This document shows, one piece after another, positions 44,521 through 53,234 of a stretch of 61,906 bases of DNA (positions are counted from its first letter, which is position 1; each line of letters begins with the position of its first letter). The translations under genes and the position numbers were made by a program. Source of the DNA: Eubacteriales bacterium (lineage in GTDB: Bacteria > Bacillota > Clostridia > Oscillospirales > CAG-272). The stretch covers positions 1 through 61,906 of the forward strand of contig JAZSGE010000077.1 of assembly GCA_045532575.1 (NCBI GenBank), read 5' to 3'. A model generated the notes under the pieces. It was not told the DNA's origin. It searched no databases and saw only the letters and a program-made list of their open reading frames with translations.

Positions 44521-45638
44521 GCGGCGCCTCCTGTACCCTCCTCGTGGACGGTCGCGAGGCCTTCCCTGCCATTCTCCGGGCGATCGACGGAGCGAAGGAA
44601 TCGCTCACTATCAATATGTTCATCTGGCGCGATGACGAGATCGGCAACCGCATGGCCGAGGCTGTCCTCGCCGCCGCCCGACGCGGCGTGCGCGTGACCC
44701 TGTCGGTCGACCGCTACGGCGCCGTGCTTGAGAAGGCCGAGGAATGCCGCCGCTCCTTCTTCCATAAGCGGCAAACCGTCACCGAGCGGCTGAAGGCACG
44801 GGCGCTGGCCCGTCTCTACCGCGCGGAGAATGCCCTCCCGTGGCAAAGGGACAAGGAGAGCGACCTCTACCGCGCCCTCCTTTCGCACCCCGGCATCACC
44901 CTCGACTGTGACCGTCATAAGGCCGACCACTCGAAGTTCTATATGATAGATGGGCGCGTGCTCTTCCTCGGCGGTGTGAACATCGAGGACAAGGAAAACG
45001 GCGCCGACCGCGCGGGGCGCGTCTATGGCGATCTTATGGTACGGATCGAGGGCGAGGAGGCGGTCAACGCCTTCCTTGCACGCCGCGAGGGTGCCCCCCT
45101 CACGGGCGACCTCCTCTTCCCGATGAACCGCAAGGAGGGGGGGCGGCGCTTTGAGATGGAGGAGCACTACCTTTCACTTATCGAGGAGGCACGGGAGGAG
45201 CTTGTCCTCGTGATGGCGTACCTTTCCCCCCTTCCGCGCTTTCTGGATGCCATTCTGCGTGCCCATCGGCGCGGGGTGCGCGTCACGGTGATGATCCCCG
45301 CGCGTGCCAACTTCCAGAATGACACCAACTATAAGACTGCCGCGTATCTTAGAGATAAAAGCAACGGCGGGATCGAGGTACGCCTCTCCCCGAAGATGCT
45401 CCACACCAAGCTCCTCATGACCGAGGCGGCTGTCTCCTTCGGCTCGACCAACATCACGAAGAAGGCCTTCCGCCAGCTTGACGAATTGAACCTCACCGTC
45501 AAAAGGAGCCCGTCGCCCTTCTGTCGGGCGGTCGAGGAGGCCATCGGGCTTGAGCTTTCGCTCGCCAAGACCCTCGCCCCCGGGGAGAGGCTCGCCTATC
45601 GGCGCCTCCTCGCCTTTTGCGAGGGGTTCTTGGTGTAA
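44517..45638 (+). CDS. phospholipase D / cardiolipin synthase-like protein (two HKD motifs)
   Basis: HSKFYMIDGRVLFLGGVNI and HTKLLMTEAAVSFGSTNI. Confidence 0.8.
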   Translation: MSGASCTLLVDGREAFPAILRAIDGAKESLTINMFIWRDDEIGNRMAEAVLAAARRGVRVTLSVDRYGAVLEKAEECRRSFFHKRQTVTERLKARALARLYRAENALPWQRDKESDLYRALLSHPGITLDCDRHKADHSKFYMIDGRVLFLGGVNIEDKENGADRAGRVYGDLMVRIEGEEAVNAFLARREGAPLTGDLLFPMNRKEGGRRFEMEEHYLSLIEEAREELVLVMAYLSPLPRFLDAILRAHRRGVRVTVMIPARANFQNDTNYKTAAYLRDKSNGGIEVRLSPKMLHTKLLMTEAAVSFGSTNITKKAFRQLDELNLTVKRSPSPFCRAVEEAIGLELSLAKTLAPGERLAYRRLLAFCEGFLV

Positions 45639-45725
45639 ATGCAAGGTTTTGTTTGCAATCCAAGATTTTCTGCGGACTGTGTGTCCGCGCTACGACCGCA
45701 CGCCGTGCGGTAGGAGGGAGACCCT

Positions 45726-46136
45726 ATGACCGTTGTCGTCTGCACCGACAAGAACGGCGGTATGCTCTTTGCCGGCCGCCGCACGAGCCGCGACCGTGAG
45801 ATGCTTGCCGACCTTGGGCGCCTCGCCGCCGGGCGGCGCCTCTTGTGCACCCCCTATTCCGAGCGCCTCCTGACGGCGGCCGGGCTTTGTCCCACCGTCC
45901 GTGAGGACTGCCTCGATGCGGCCGAGGGCGGCGACGTCGTCTTCATCGAGACCCTGCCGCTGTCGCCGTACAGCGCACGCATCGCGCGCCTTGTCGTCTA
46001 CCGCTGGGATAAGGCGTATCCGTACGACGTCTCGCTTGACCTATCGCCGACGGCCGAGGGCTTTGCCCTTACGTCATCCGTCGAGCTTTCCGGCTTTTCC
46101 CACGATGTGATCCAAAGAGAGGTATATGACAAATGA
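45726..46136 (+). CDS. hypothetical protein (possibly DHFR/RibD_C-like fold)
   Basis: GGAGGGAG RBS. VVVCTDKNGGMLFAGRR N-terminus. The family call is weak. Confidence 0.5.
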   Translation: MTVVVCTDKNGGMLFAGRRTSRDREMLADLGRLAAGRRLLCTPYSERLLTAAGLCPTVREDCLDAAEGGDVVFIETLPLSPYSARIARLVVYRWDKAYPYDVSLDLSPTAEGFALTSSVELSGFSHDVIQREVYDK

Positions 46137-47125
46137 AACAGCGCCTTCTTTCCCTTTTTTCACTTCTTCTGCTCCTTTCGCTCCTCGTTGCCGGCTGTGA
46201 CTTCGGCGGCGGCGGCGGAACGACGGCGGCGACCACCACCGTCACGACAACCGTAACCACCACCGTGACGACGGGGGATCCGACTCCGTCGCCGACCCCC
46301 GGGCACGCCGTGTCGGTTGCGGAGGTGCCGCCCTATTCCGGCAGTCCCTACGCCATCATCAATAATAATATCCCCCACTTCACCGAGGAGGACTACACGA
46401 CCGAATCCTACGAGCGGTTTGCACCTCTCGATGCCCTCGGGCGGTGCGGCGTCACGATGGCCTGCATCGGACAGGATCTGATGCCCCTCCCCGACGAGGA
46501 ACGCGGCTCGATCGGGATGATCAAGCCCTCGGGCTGGCAGACCGTCAAGTACGACATCGTGAGCGGCAAGTATCTCTATAACCGCTGTCATCTCATCGGC
46601 TGGCAGCTGACGGCCGAGAACGCCAACGAAAGAAACCTCATCACGGGCACGCGGTATATGAATGTGGATGGGATGCTCCCCTTCGAGGACATGGTGGCCG
46701 ACTACGTGAAGGAGACGGGCAACCACGTGCTCTACCGTGTGACGCCCATCTTCGTCGGCGAGGAGCCGGTCGCGCGCGGTGTGCAGATCGAGGCCTACTC
46801 GGTCGAGGACGAGGGAGATCCGATCGACGGTATCTCGTTCAACGTCTTTGTCTATAACGTCCAGCCCGGCATCACGATCGACTACGCCACCGGCCTGAGC
46901 TGCCTCTCGAGCGAGGTGCCCGAGACGCCCGAGGTGCCCGAGGAGGACGGGGGCGAGGGAGCCGAGGATGCGGTGTACATCCTCAACACGAACACCGATA
47001 AGTTCCACCGCGAGGACTGCCGTTACGCGACCTCGATCAAGGAGGAGAACCGCGTTGAGTTCATCGGCGACCGCCAAGAGCTCATTGACGATGGCTACAA
47101 GGCCTGCCTCACCTGCCAGCCGTAA
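46133..47125 (+). CDS. secreted lipoprotein DNA/RNA non-specific endonuclease with C-terminal Ada-like zinc-binding motif
   Basis: Lipobox LVAGC, Thr/Val-rich linker, NRCHLIGWQL ... NLITGTRYMN nuclease core, C-terminal FHREDC ... GYKACLTCQP. Confidence 0.8.
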   Translation: MKQRLLSLFSLLLLLSLLVAGCDFGGGGGTTAATTTVTTTVTTTVTTGDPTPSPTPGHAVSVAEVPPYSGSPYAIINNNIPHFTEEDYTTESYERFAPLDALGRCGVTMACIGQDLMPLPDEERGSIGMIKPSGWQTVKYDIVSGKYLYNRCHLIGWQLTAENANERNLITGTRYMNVDGMLPFEDMVADYVKETGNHVLYRVTPIFVGEEPVARGVQIEAYSVEDEGDPIDGISFNVFVYNVQPGITIDYATGLSCLSSEVPETPEVPEEDGGEGAEDAVYILNTNTDKFHREDCRYATSIKEENRVEFIGDRQELIDDGYKACLTCQP

Positions 47126-47144
47126 AAAATTCAAAAAATTTCTC

Positions 47145-47173
47145 TTGACAAAACGCCTTCGATGTGATATCAT
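47145..47173 (+). promoter_or_regulatory. sigma-A promoter of the SPFH-RHH operon
   Basis: TTGACA at 47145-47150, 17-nt spacer, TATCAT at 47168-47173. Confidence 0.5.
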
Positions 47174-47183
47174 TTTGATATCA
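47165..47183. promoter_or_regulatory. candidate operator: two tandem TGATATCA palindromes
   Basis: TGATATCA at 47165-47172 and 47176-47183, 11 nt centre to centre, overlapping the -10. Confidence 0.5.
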
Positions 47184-47205
47184 TGCACATTGGAGGTGTT
47201 TTGTT

Positions 47206-48228
47206 ATGCAGGAAAAAATTCTCGAAAACAAGAAGCACGGGATGCGTGTCCTCATCCTTCTTATCCTCGGCTACGCCGTCGCGATCGCCATGGTGGTGAT
47301 CGGCGGCCCCTGGATGGAGGAGGCCGGCACTCTTGCGACGGTTGGCATCGTTCTCTTTGTCATCGGCATGGCCTATCTCTGCCTCTCCTGGATCCTCATC
47401 CTCGGGCTGAAGGTCCTGAAGCCCCAGGAGGCACTCGTCCTCACCCTGTTCGGTAAGTACATCGGCACGCTGAAGGGCGACGGCTTCTACTTCGTCAACC
47501 CCTTCTCGGTTGCGGTCAACCCGGCGGCCAAGACCAAGCTGAACCAGAGCGGTGACGTCACAACGGTGCCCGCGCTCCCTGCCAAGCAGGGCACGGCGGC
47601 GGCCGAGGTCGTCTCAAAGAAGCTCTCCTTAAAGGTGATGACCCTCTCGAACAACCGCCAGAAGATCAACGACTGCCTCGGCACGCCCGTTGAGATCGGC
47701 ATTGCCGTCACCTGGCGCATCGTCGATACCGCCAAGGCGGTCTTCACGGTCGACAACTACAAGGAGTTCCTCTCGCTCCAGTGCGATTCCTCGCTCCGTA
47801 ACATCGTCCGTCTCTACCCCTACGACGTCGCGCCGAACGTGGATACGACGGGCGACGGTCTGGCCGACGACGGGAGCCTCCGCGGCTCGAGCGAGATCGT
47901 GGCCTCGCGCATCCGTGAGGAGATCTCCGAGCGCGTCGCCGAGGCGGGCATCGAGATCATTGATGCGCGCATCACCTACCTCGCCTACGCCCCCGAGATC
48001 GCCGCGATGATGCTCCAGCGCCAGCAGGCCTCGGCCGTCATTGACGCGCGCAAGATGATCGTTGACGGCGCGGTCGGCATGGTCGAGATGGCGCTTGAGC
48101 GCCTTGCCGCCAACGGCACCATCCTGCTTGACGAGGAGCGCAAGGCGGCCATGGTCTCGAACCTGCTTGTCGTGCTCTGCGGCAACCGCGATGCCCAGCC
48201 CATTGTCAATTCGGGTAGCCTCTACTGA
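47206..48228 (+). CDS. SPFH/band-7 domain membrane protein
   Basis: N-terminal TM helices followed by an SPFH-like domain. Confidence 0.8.
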   Translation: MQEKILENKKHGMRVLILLILGYAVAIAMVVIGGPWMEEAGTLATVGIVLFVIGMAYLCLSWILILGLKVLKPQEALVLTLFGKYIGTLKGDGFYFVNPFSVAVNPAAKTKLNQSGDVTTVPALPAKQGTAAAEVVSKKLSLKVMTLSNNRQKINDCLGTPVEIGIAVTWRIVDTAKAVFTVDNYKEFLSLQCDSSLRNIVRLYPYDVAPNVDTTGDGLADDGSLRGSSEIVASRIREEISERVAEAGIEIIDARITYLAYAPEIAAMMLQRQQASAVIDARKMIVDGAVGMVEMALERLAANGTILLDEERKAAMVSNLLVVLCGNRDAQPIVNSGSLY

Positions 48229-48452
48229 TGAGCGACAGCGGTAAGAAGCAGATCCCTCTGCGCCTTTCGGAACGGCTGTACGCCGCGATCGCCGCCTGGG
48301 CAGAGGATGACTTCCGCTCGGTCAACGGGCAGATCGAGTACCTTCTCACCGAATGCTGCAAGCAGCGGAAAAAGAACGGGAGGTACGTCGGGGAAGAGAT
48401 CGATGCGCCCCTCGAGCTTGACCTGCCCGAGGACACCTCGGGCGCGAAGTAA
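48228..48452 (+). CDS. Arc/MetJ-type ribbon-helix-helix protein
   Basis: TGATG overlap with the SPFH gene. KKQIPLRLSERLYAAIAAWAEDDFRSVNGQIEYLL fits strand-helix-helix. Confidence 0.6.
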   Translation: MSDSGKKQIPLRLSERLYAAIAAWAEDDFRSVNGQIEYLLTECCKQRKKNGRYVGEEIDAPLELDLPEDTSGAK

Positions 48453-48528
48453 AAACAAAAAGACCCCCTTGCGCCGGCAGGGGGGTCTGTGTTATACTAT
48501 ATGTAGTCTAAAAAAGGAGGGATGGGGC

Positions 48529-48996
48529 GTGATCCATTACCTTATCGTCTTTCTGATCTCGATGGTGCCGCTCATCGAGCTGCGCGGCGCGATCCCCTAT
48601 GGGCTCGGCTTCGGGCTTGACCCCTTCTTTACCTATGCTATCGCCATTGTCGGCAACTGCCTGCCTGTCCCCGTCATCCTCCTTTTCGTCAAGCGCGTGC
48701 TCACCTGGATGCAGGGGTGCTCGGTGCGTCTATTCCGTCGGGTGGCGACCTTTGTGACAGAAAAAGCGCAGAAGGGCCTTGTGAAGGTCGAGCGGTATGC
48801 CGCCCTCGGGCTTTACCTGTTCGTGGCCATCCCCCTGCCGGGCACGGGGGCCTGGACGGGGGCGCTGATCGCGGCCATGTTCGATATGAAGAAGCGCTAC
48901 GCCTTCCTCTCGATCTTCCTCGGCGTCCTCACCGCGGGGATCATCATGTCGCTCATCACGGGCGGCATCCTCGCCGGCCTCGACTTCATGCTGTAA
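48529..48996 (+). CDS. small multidrug export-like membrane protein (COG2426 family)
   Basis: GTG start 8 nt after AAGGAGG. SMVPLIELRGAIPYG motif. Confidence 0.65.
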   Translation: MIHYLIVFLISMVPLIELRGAIPYGLGFGLDPFFTYAIAIVGNCLPVPVILLFVKRVLTWMQGCSVRLFRRVATFVTEKAQKGLVKVERYAALGLYLFVAIPLPGTGAWTGALIAAMFDMKKRYAFLSIFLGVLTAGIIMSLITGGILAGLDFML

Positions 48997-49005
48997 GGAG
49001 AGAGT

Positions 49006-49926
49006 ATGGACAAAAGAAAGCTTTGCTACTGCCCCTTCTGCGGTCGGGGCTATTCCTTCCCCGAGGAGCGCCTCGGCACCACCTACACCTGCCCCCTGTG
49101 CCTTGGCACCATGCAGCGTGAGCCAAACCCCGAAAAGGACATCATGTCCATTGCCACCCCCGTGACCGAGGGGGTAAGCCTTGTCCGTGACGGCTTTACA
49201 GTGAAGGACGGGCTCCTCGTCTCCTACGAGGGGAGCGAGCCGTCCCCCGTGATCCCCGAGGGTGTCATCATGATCGGCGAGAGGGCCTTTGAGGGCAGCC
49301 GCACGCTCCGCGAGATCGTGATCCCCGAGGGCGTCCGCTATATCGGCCACTATGCCTTTGCCAATTGCGAGGCGATGCGGCGCCTGACCCTGCCGAAGAG
49401 CCTGATCGCCATCGGCAACTGCGCCTTTGAGGGCTGCCGGCGGCTCGAGCGGACAAAGATCCCCACGACCCTTCGGGCGGCGGGCTACGCCATCTTCAAT
49501 CGGTGCGACAATCTCACCGAGGCCGACTTCCCGATGGACATGGCCTTTATGGGAGGCTCACCGCATCCCTTCTGCCGCCGCATCGTGCGCTCGCAGGTGC
49601 CGCATTGCGTGCAGTCGATCTCCTTCTGGCTGGCCGACAACGATGCGCTTGAGAGCCTGACGATCGGGCGGCGTGTCCGCTCGATCGACTATCCGCTCGT
49701 ATCGCCCCGGCTGTCCGAGGTGCATTTCACGCGGCCCGAGGGCTGGGCGTATACCCCGTGCAACATTACCCAAAACGAAGCGCTTGAAATGATCGACCCG
49801 GCGATCCTCTCCCACCCGAAGAAGGCGGCACAGTTTTTGAAAAAGCTAAAGACGATGCGCCGTACGATCTGCCGTGCCGTACAGGAGGAGGAGCTCGAGT
49901 ATTATCATACCGAGATCGATGAATAA
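49006..49926 (+). CDS. zinc-ribbon plus BspA-type leucine-rich repeat protein
   Basis: CPFC ... CPLC N-terminus. Repeated IPEGV-IG-AF-C-L units. Confidence 0.7.
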   Translation: MDKRKLCYCPFCGRGYSFPEERLGTTYTCPLCLGTMQREPNPEKDIMSIATPVTEGVSLVRDGFTVKDGLLVSYEGSEPSPVIPEGVIMIGERAFEGSRTLREIVIPEGVRYIGHYAFANCEAMRRLTLPKSLIAIGNCAFEGCRRLERTKIPTTLRAAGYAIFNRCDNLTEADFPMDMAFMGGSPHPFCRRIVRSQVPHCVQSISFWLADNDALESLTIGRRVRSIDYPLVSPRLSEVHFTRPEGWAYTPCNITQNEALEMIDPAILSHPKKAAQFLKKLKTMRRTICRAVQEEELEYYHTEIDE

Positions 49927-49928
49927 AG

Positions 49929-49956
49929 AAAAGAGCCTGCTTTCACAGGCTCTTTT
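49929..49956. terminator. bidirectional terminator
   Basis: AGAGCCTG / CAGGCTCT stem with flanking A and T runs between convergent genes. Confidence 0.7.
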
Positions 49957-50941
49957 CTATTGCTTTTCTGTCAAAAAGGTCGAGGAAGTAGACCTCCTCG
50001 GGCGGGAGGGTGAACTCGCGTCCGTTCAGGTACTCGAGGACGGTGGGCTCACCGCGGAAGGAGAAGCGGAGGCGGTAGGCGACGAGGGCCTGGTGCTTGT
50101 AGCCGGCGCGCTTATCGACAGCGTTTTTCCCGTACTTGCCGTCCCCGAGGAGGGGATGGCCGATGTGCGCCAGATGGGCGCGGATCTGATGGGTGCGGCC
50201 GGTGTATAGGGTCACGCGCAGGAGCGTGAGGTCCCCCGTCGTTGCCAGGGTCTCATACCCCGTGCGGATGGTCAGCGCCCCCCGCGGCGGTGCGCTGTCA
50301 TAGACACGGACGGTCTTTGTCGCCTCGTTTTTGAGGAGCCAGCCCGAAAGCGTGGCCGAGGGCGGCGTCGGGCGGCCGTGGACGGCGCAGAGGTAGTATT
50401 TGTCGATCTCGCGCGCCTTGATCTTCTCGTTCATCACGCGGAGCGCCTCGGCGGTCTTGGCGGCGATGACGATGCCCGCGGTATTGCGGTCGATGCGGTT
50501 GCAAAGCGCCGGCGCAAAGGACTGCTCGGCGGTGGGGTCGTATTCCCCCTTTTGCCAAAGGTAGGCCTGCAGATGGACGAGGAGGTTTTGCGTGCGGTTG
50601 CCCTCGTCCTCGTGCACGGGGATGCCCGCCGGCTTATCGAGGAGGAGGATATTGTCATCCTCATAGAGGATGTGGAGGTGTGGGGTAATGGCGGCGAGCG
50701 AGGAGGTGACGTCCTCCCCCTTGCCGAAGAATTCCTCGGGGAGGAAGAGCTGGAGGACATCCCCCTCGGCGAGGATCTCGGAGGGAGCGCACCGCTTGCG
50801 GTTCCGCTTGATCTTTTTTGTGCGGATCGAGCGGTAGAGGAGCGATTGCGGAAGGTCGGGCAGGGCCTTGGTCAGAAATTTATCAAGGCGCTGGCCACCG
50901 TCATTCTTGCCAATGGTAAGCTCGTGCATCTCAGTCGGCAA
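49943..50941 (-). CDS. RluA family pseudouridine synthase with S4 domain
   Basis: NRIDRNTAG catalytic motif and TGRTHQIR. Confidence 0.85.
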   Translation of the reverse strand: MPTEMHELTIGKNDGGQRLDKFLTKALPDLPQSLLYRSIRTKKIKRNRKRCAPSEILAEGDVLQLFLPEEFFGKGEDVTSSLAAITPHLHILYEDDNILLLDKPAGIPVHEDEGNRTQNLLVHLQAYLWQKGEYDPTAEQSFAPALCNRIDRNTAGIVIAAKTAEALRVMNEKIKAREIDKYYLCAVHGRPTPPSATLSGWLLKNEATKTVRVYDSAPPRGALTIRTGYETLATTGDLTLLRVTLYTGRTHQIRAHLAHIGHPLLGDGKYGKNAVDKRAGYKHQALVAYRLRFSFRGEPTVLEYLNGREFTLPPEEVYFLDLFDRKAIEKSL

Positions 50942-51560
50942 GCAGGCGGCGGGCGGCCGCCACGATCAGCTCGACGGCGCCCTCGGTCCCGAGGCAATGG
51001 GTATCCAAGGAGAGGTGATAATTCTCGTGCTTCCCCCACTTGCCGCCGGTATAGAAGTTGTAATAGGAGGAGCGGCGACGGTCGGTCTTTGTCACAAGGT
51101 CGCCTGCCGCCGAGCGCGAGAGGGACGAGTCGCCCGCCATCACGCGTGCAACACGCTCATCGTACGGGGCATGGAGGAAGACCGAAAGGCGGACGGGCTC
51201 CTCGCGCAGGACGTAATCGGCACACCGACCGATGAAGATGGCACTCCCCTCGGCCGCCCTTTCCCGTATAAACTCGGACTGCAGGAGGAAGATGCGGTCG
51301 TTGATGGGCATATGCATCGACACCCCGGGCGTTACCGTGTGAAAATGCGCCCCCATCGCCAGGGTGTAGAGGAGGCTGTTGGCCGCCTTCTCATCCTCGC
51401 GCGCGGCCACGTCAATATGCAGGTCGCCGGCCTCGGCCGCGCCCTCAATGATCTCCTTGTCGTACAGCGGGATCGCAAGCCGCTTCGCGACACCGTCGGC
51501 CACCTCGCGGCCACCCGAGCCGCACTGGCGTGCGATCGTGATCAGGATCTTTTTCTCCAT
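50931..51560 (-). CDS. cytidylate kinase-like family protein
   Basis: ILITIARQCGSGGREV P-loop-like N-terminus. Start taken at MEKKIL. Confidence 0.75.
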   Translation of the reverse strand: MEKKILITIARQCGSGGREVADGVAKRLAIPLYDKEIIEGAAEAGDLHIDVAAREDEKAANSLLYTLAMGAHFHTVTPGVSMHMPINDRIFLLQSEFIRERAAEGSAIFIGRCADYVLREEPVRLSVFLHAPYDERVARVMAGDSSLSRSAAGDLVTKTDRRRSSYYNFYTGGKWGKHENYHLSLDTHCLGTEGAVELIVAAARRLLAD

Positions 51561-51593
51561 AGGGTCATCTCCTTTTTCGGGGTTTCCGCTTAC

Positions 51594-51622
51594 AGTATAG
51601 CATATTTTTACCATTTTGTAAA
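51594..51622 (-). promoter_or_regulatory. sigma-A promoter
   Basis: Minus strand: TTTACA (51617-51622), 17-nt spacer, TGC-TATACT (51594-51599). Confidence 0.5.
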
Positions 51623-51728
51623 GTGGCACCGCAAAAACGGGGAAGAAGCCCCTTGCTTTTTCCCACGAAAGGTGTTACAATTACAATGTGAAATTATAAT
51701 TTATTATAGAACACGAAGGAGGCGCCCC

Positions 51729-53234
51729 ATGCCCGAGATCTCCCCGACCCTCACGAGTCACATCGATGCGTATGCCGCGGCCTCGCTCGGCCTCAAGACG
51801 GCGCTCCTTATGGGGCGTGCCGGTACGGCGGTGGCCGAGGCGGTCATGGAAAGGTCCCCCTCCCCCTGCCGTGTTCTTCTCTACTGCGGCCCCGGCAATA
51901 ACGGCGGTGACGGCTATGCCTGCGCACGCCTCCTTGCGCGCCGCGGCTACGAGGCACTCGCCGTGGATGTGACGGGGGGCGGACAGAGGACACCCGAGGG
52001 GCGTGCCTATCTTGCCGACTACCGCCGCGAGGTGGGGGAGCCCCTCACGCTCGCCGAGGCCGAGGCGCTCTCCTCGGATATCCTTGTCGATGCCGTCCTC
52101 GGCACGGGCGCGCGCCTGCCGCTCGGCGAGGATATGCGTGCGCTCAGCGCACATATGCAGAAAAAGGACGCCTACCGCATAGCGATCGATCTGCCCCTCG
52201 GGGTGGATGCCGAAAACGGGGGTGCCGACCCGATGGCCCTCCCCGTCGATATGACGGTGGCGCTCGGCTTTTTGAAGCACGGGCTCCTCTCCTATCCCGC
52301 ACGCGCGTACGTAGGCGAGCTCCGCATTGCCGATCTTGGTCTCGATACCCCCGCTGTGCGCGAGCACTTTGCGATCAAAGAGCATAGCCTGACCCAAAAG
52401 ACCATACGCCCGCTTCTCCCTTTGCGTGACCCGAACGGTCATAAGGGGAGCTTTGGGCATCTGCTCCTCCTTGCGGGGAGCGAGACCTACCGTGGCGCCG
52501 CCCTCCTGGCCGGCGCGGCCGCCCTCCGCATGGGAGCGGGGCTTGTGACGCTGGCCGCCCCTGCCTGCGTGCTCGAGGGGGCGCTCCCCGTGCTCCCCGA
52601 GCTAATCCTGTCGCCTCTGGCCCCGGAGGCACCCCTCTCCCCGGCGCTGACCGAGGGGAAGGCGGCCATCCTCTTTGGCCCCGGTGTCGGCATCTCGGAG
52701 GCAACGGGGGAGCGGCTTCGGTCCCTGCTCACCGCCGAGGGCTGTCCCCTTGTGCTCGATGCCGATGCCCTCACGGCGCTGGCCGCGATGGGCGAGGACG
52801 GCAAGGGCCTCCTGCAATCGGCAAAACGTAAAGTTATCCTTACACCTCATCCGGGCGAGCTTGCCCGTCTGCTTGGCATACCGACAAGCGAGGTGCAGGC
52901 CAACCGTCTTGCGCTGGCACGCCGCTTTGCCGCGCGTTATCCCGTGACCCTGGTTCTGAAGGGAGCGGCCACTATCATCGCCGAGGGGGAGGAGTTTTAT
53001 CTGAACACCTCGGGCTCGTCGGCGCTCGCCAAGGGGGGGAGCGGTGACGTCCTCGCCGGGGCGATCGCCTCGCTCCTTGCCGAGGGGCTGGCGCCGTCCT
53101 CGGCGGCACGGGTCGCCGTATGGCTCCACGGCGCGGCAGGCGACCGCCTGGCCGCGACCTATTCGCTCCGCGGCGTGCGCCCTGCCGATCTGCCGGCAGA
53201 AATGGCCGCCCTCCTTGCCGAGGTCGAGTCATGA
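51729..53234 (+). CDS. nnr: bifunctional NAD(P)H-hydrate epimerase / ADP-dependent dehydratase
   Basis: YjeF_N region (CGPGNNGGDG) plus a C-terminal carbohydrate-kinase region (GGSGDVLAG). Confidence 0.85.
   Translation: MPEISPTLTSHIDAYAAASLGLKTALLMGRAGTAVAEAVMERSPSPCRVLLYCGPGNNGGDGYACARLLARRGYEALAVDVTGGGQRTPEGRAYLADYRREVGEPLTLAEAEALSSDILVDAVLGTGARLPLGEDMRALSAHMQKKDAYRIAIDLPLGVDAENGGADPMALPVDMTVALGFLKHGLLSYPARAYVGELRIADLGLDTPAVREHFAIKEHSLTQKTIRPLLPLRDPNGHKGSFGHLLLLAGSETYRGAALLAGAAALRMGAGLVTLAAPACVLEGALPVLPELILSPLAPEAPLSPALTEGKAAILFGPGVGISEATGERLRSLLTAEGCPLVLDADALTALAAMGEDGKGLLQSAKRKVILTPHPGELARLLGIPTSEVQANRLALARRFAARYPVTLVLKGAATIIAEGEEFYLNTSGSSALAKGGSGDVLAGAIASLLAEGLAPSSAARVAVWLHGAAGDRLAATYSLRGVRPADLPAEMAALLAEVES

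Noticed and set aside
50868-51728. N-terminal extension of the nnr ORF (788-aa version)
   Set aside because: It overlaps two well-supported minus-strand genes and their promoter. The YjeF_N homology begins at the ATG at 51729, which has a GAAGGAGG RBS.
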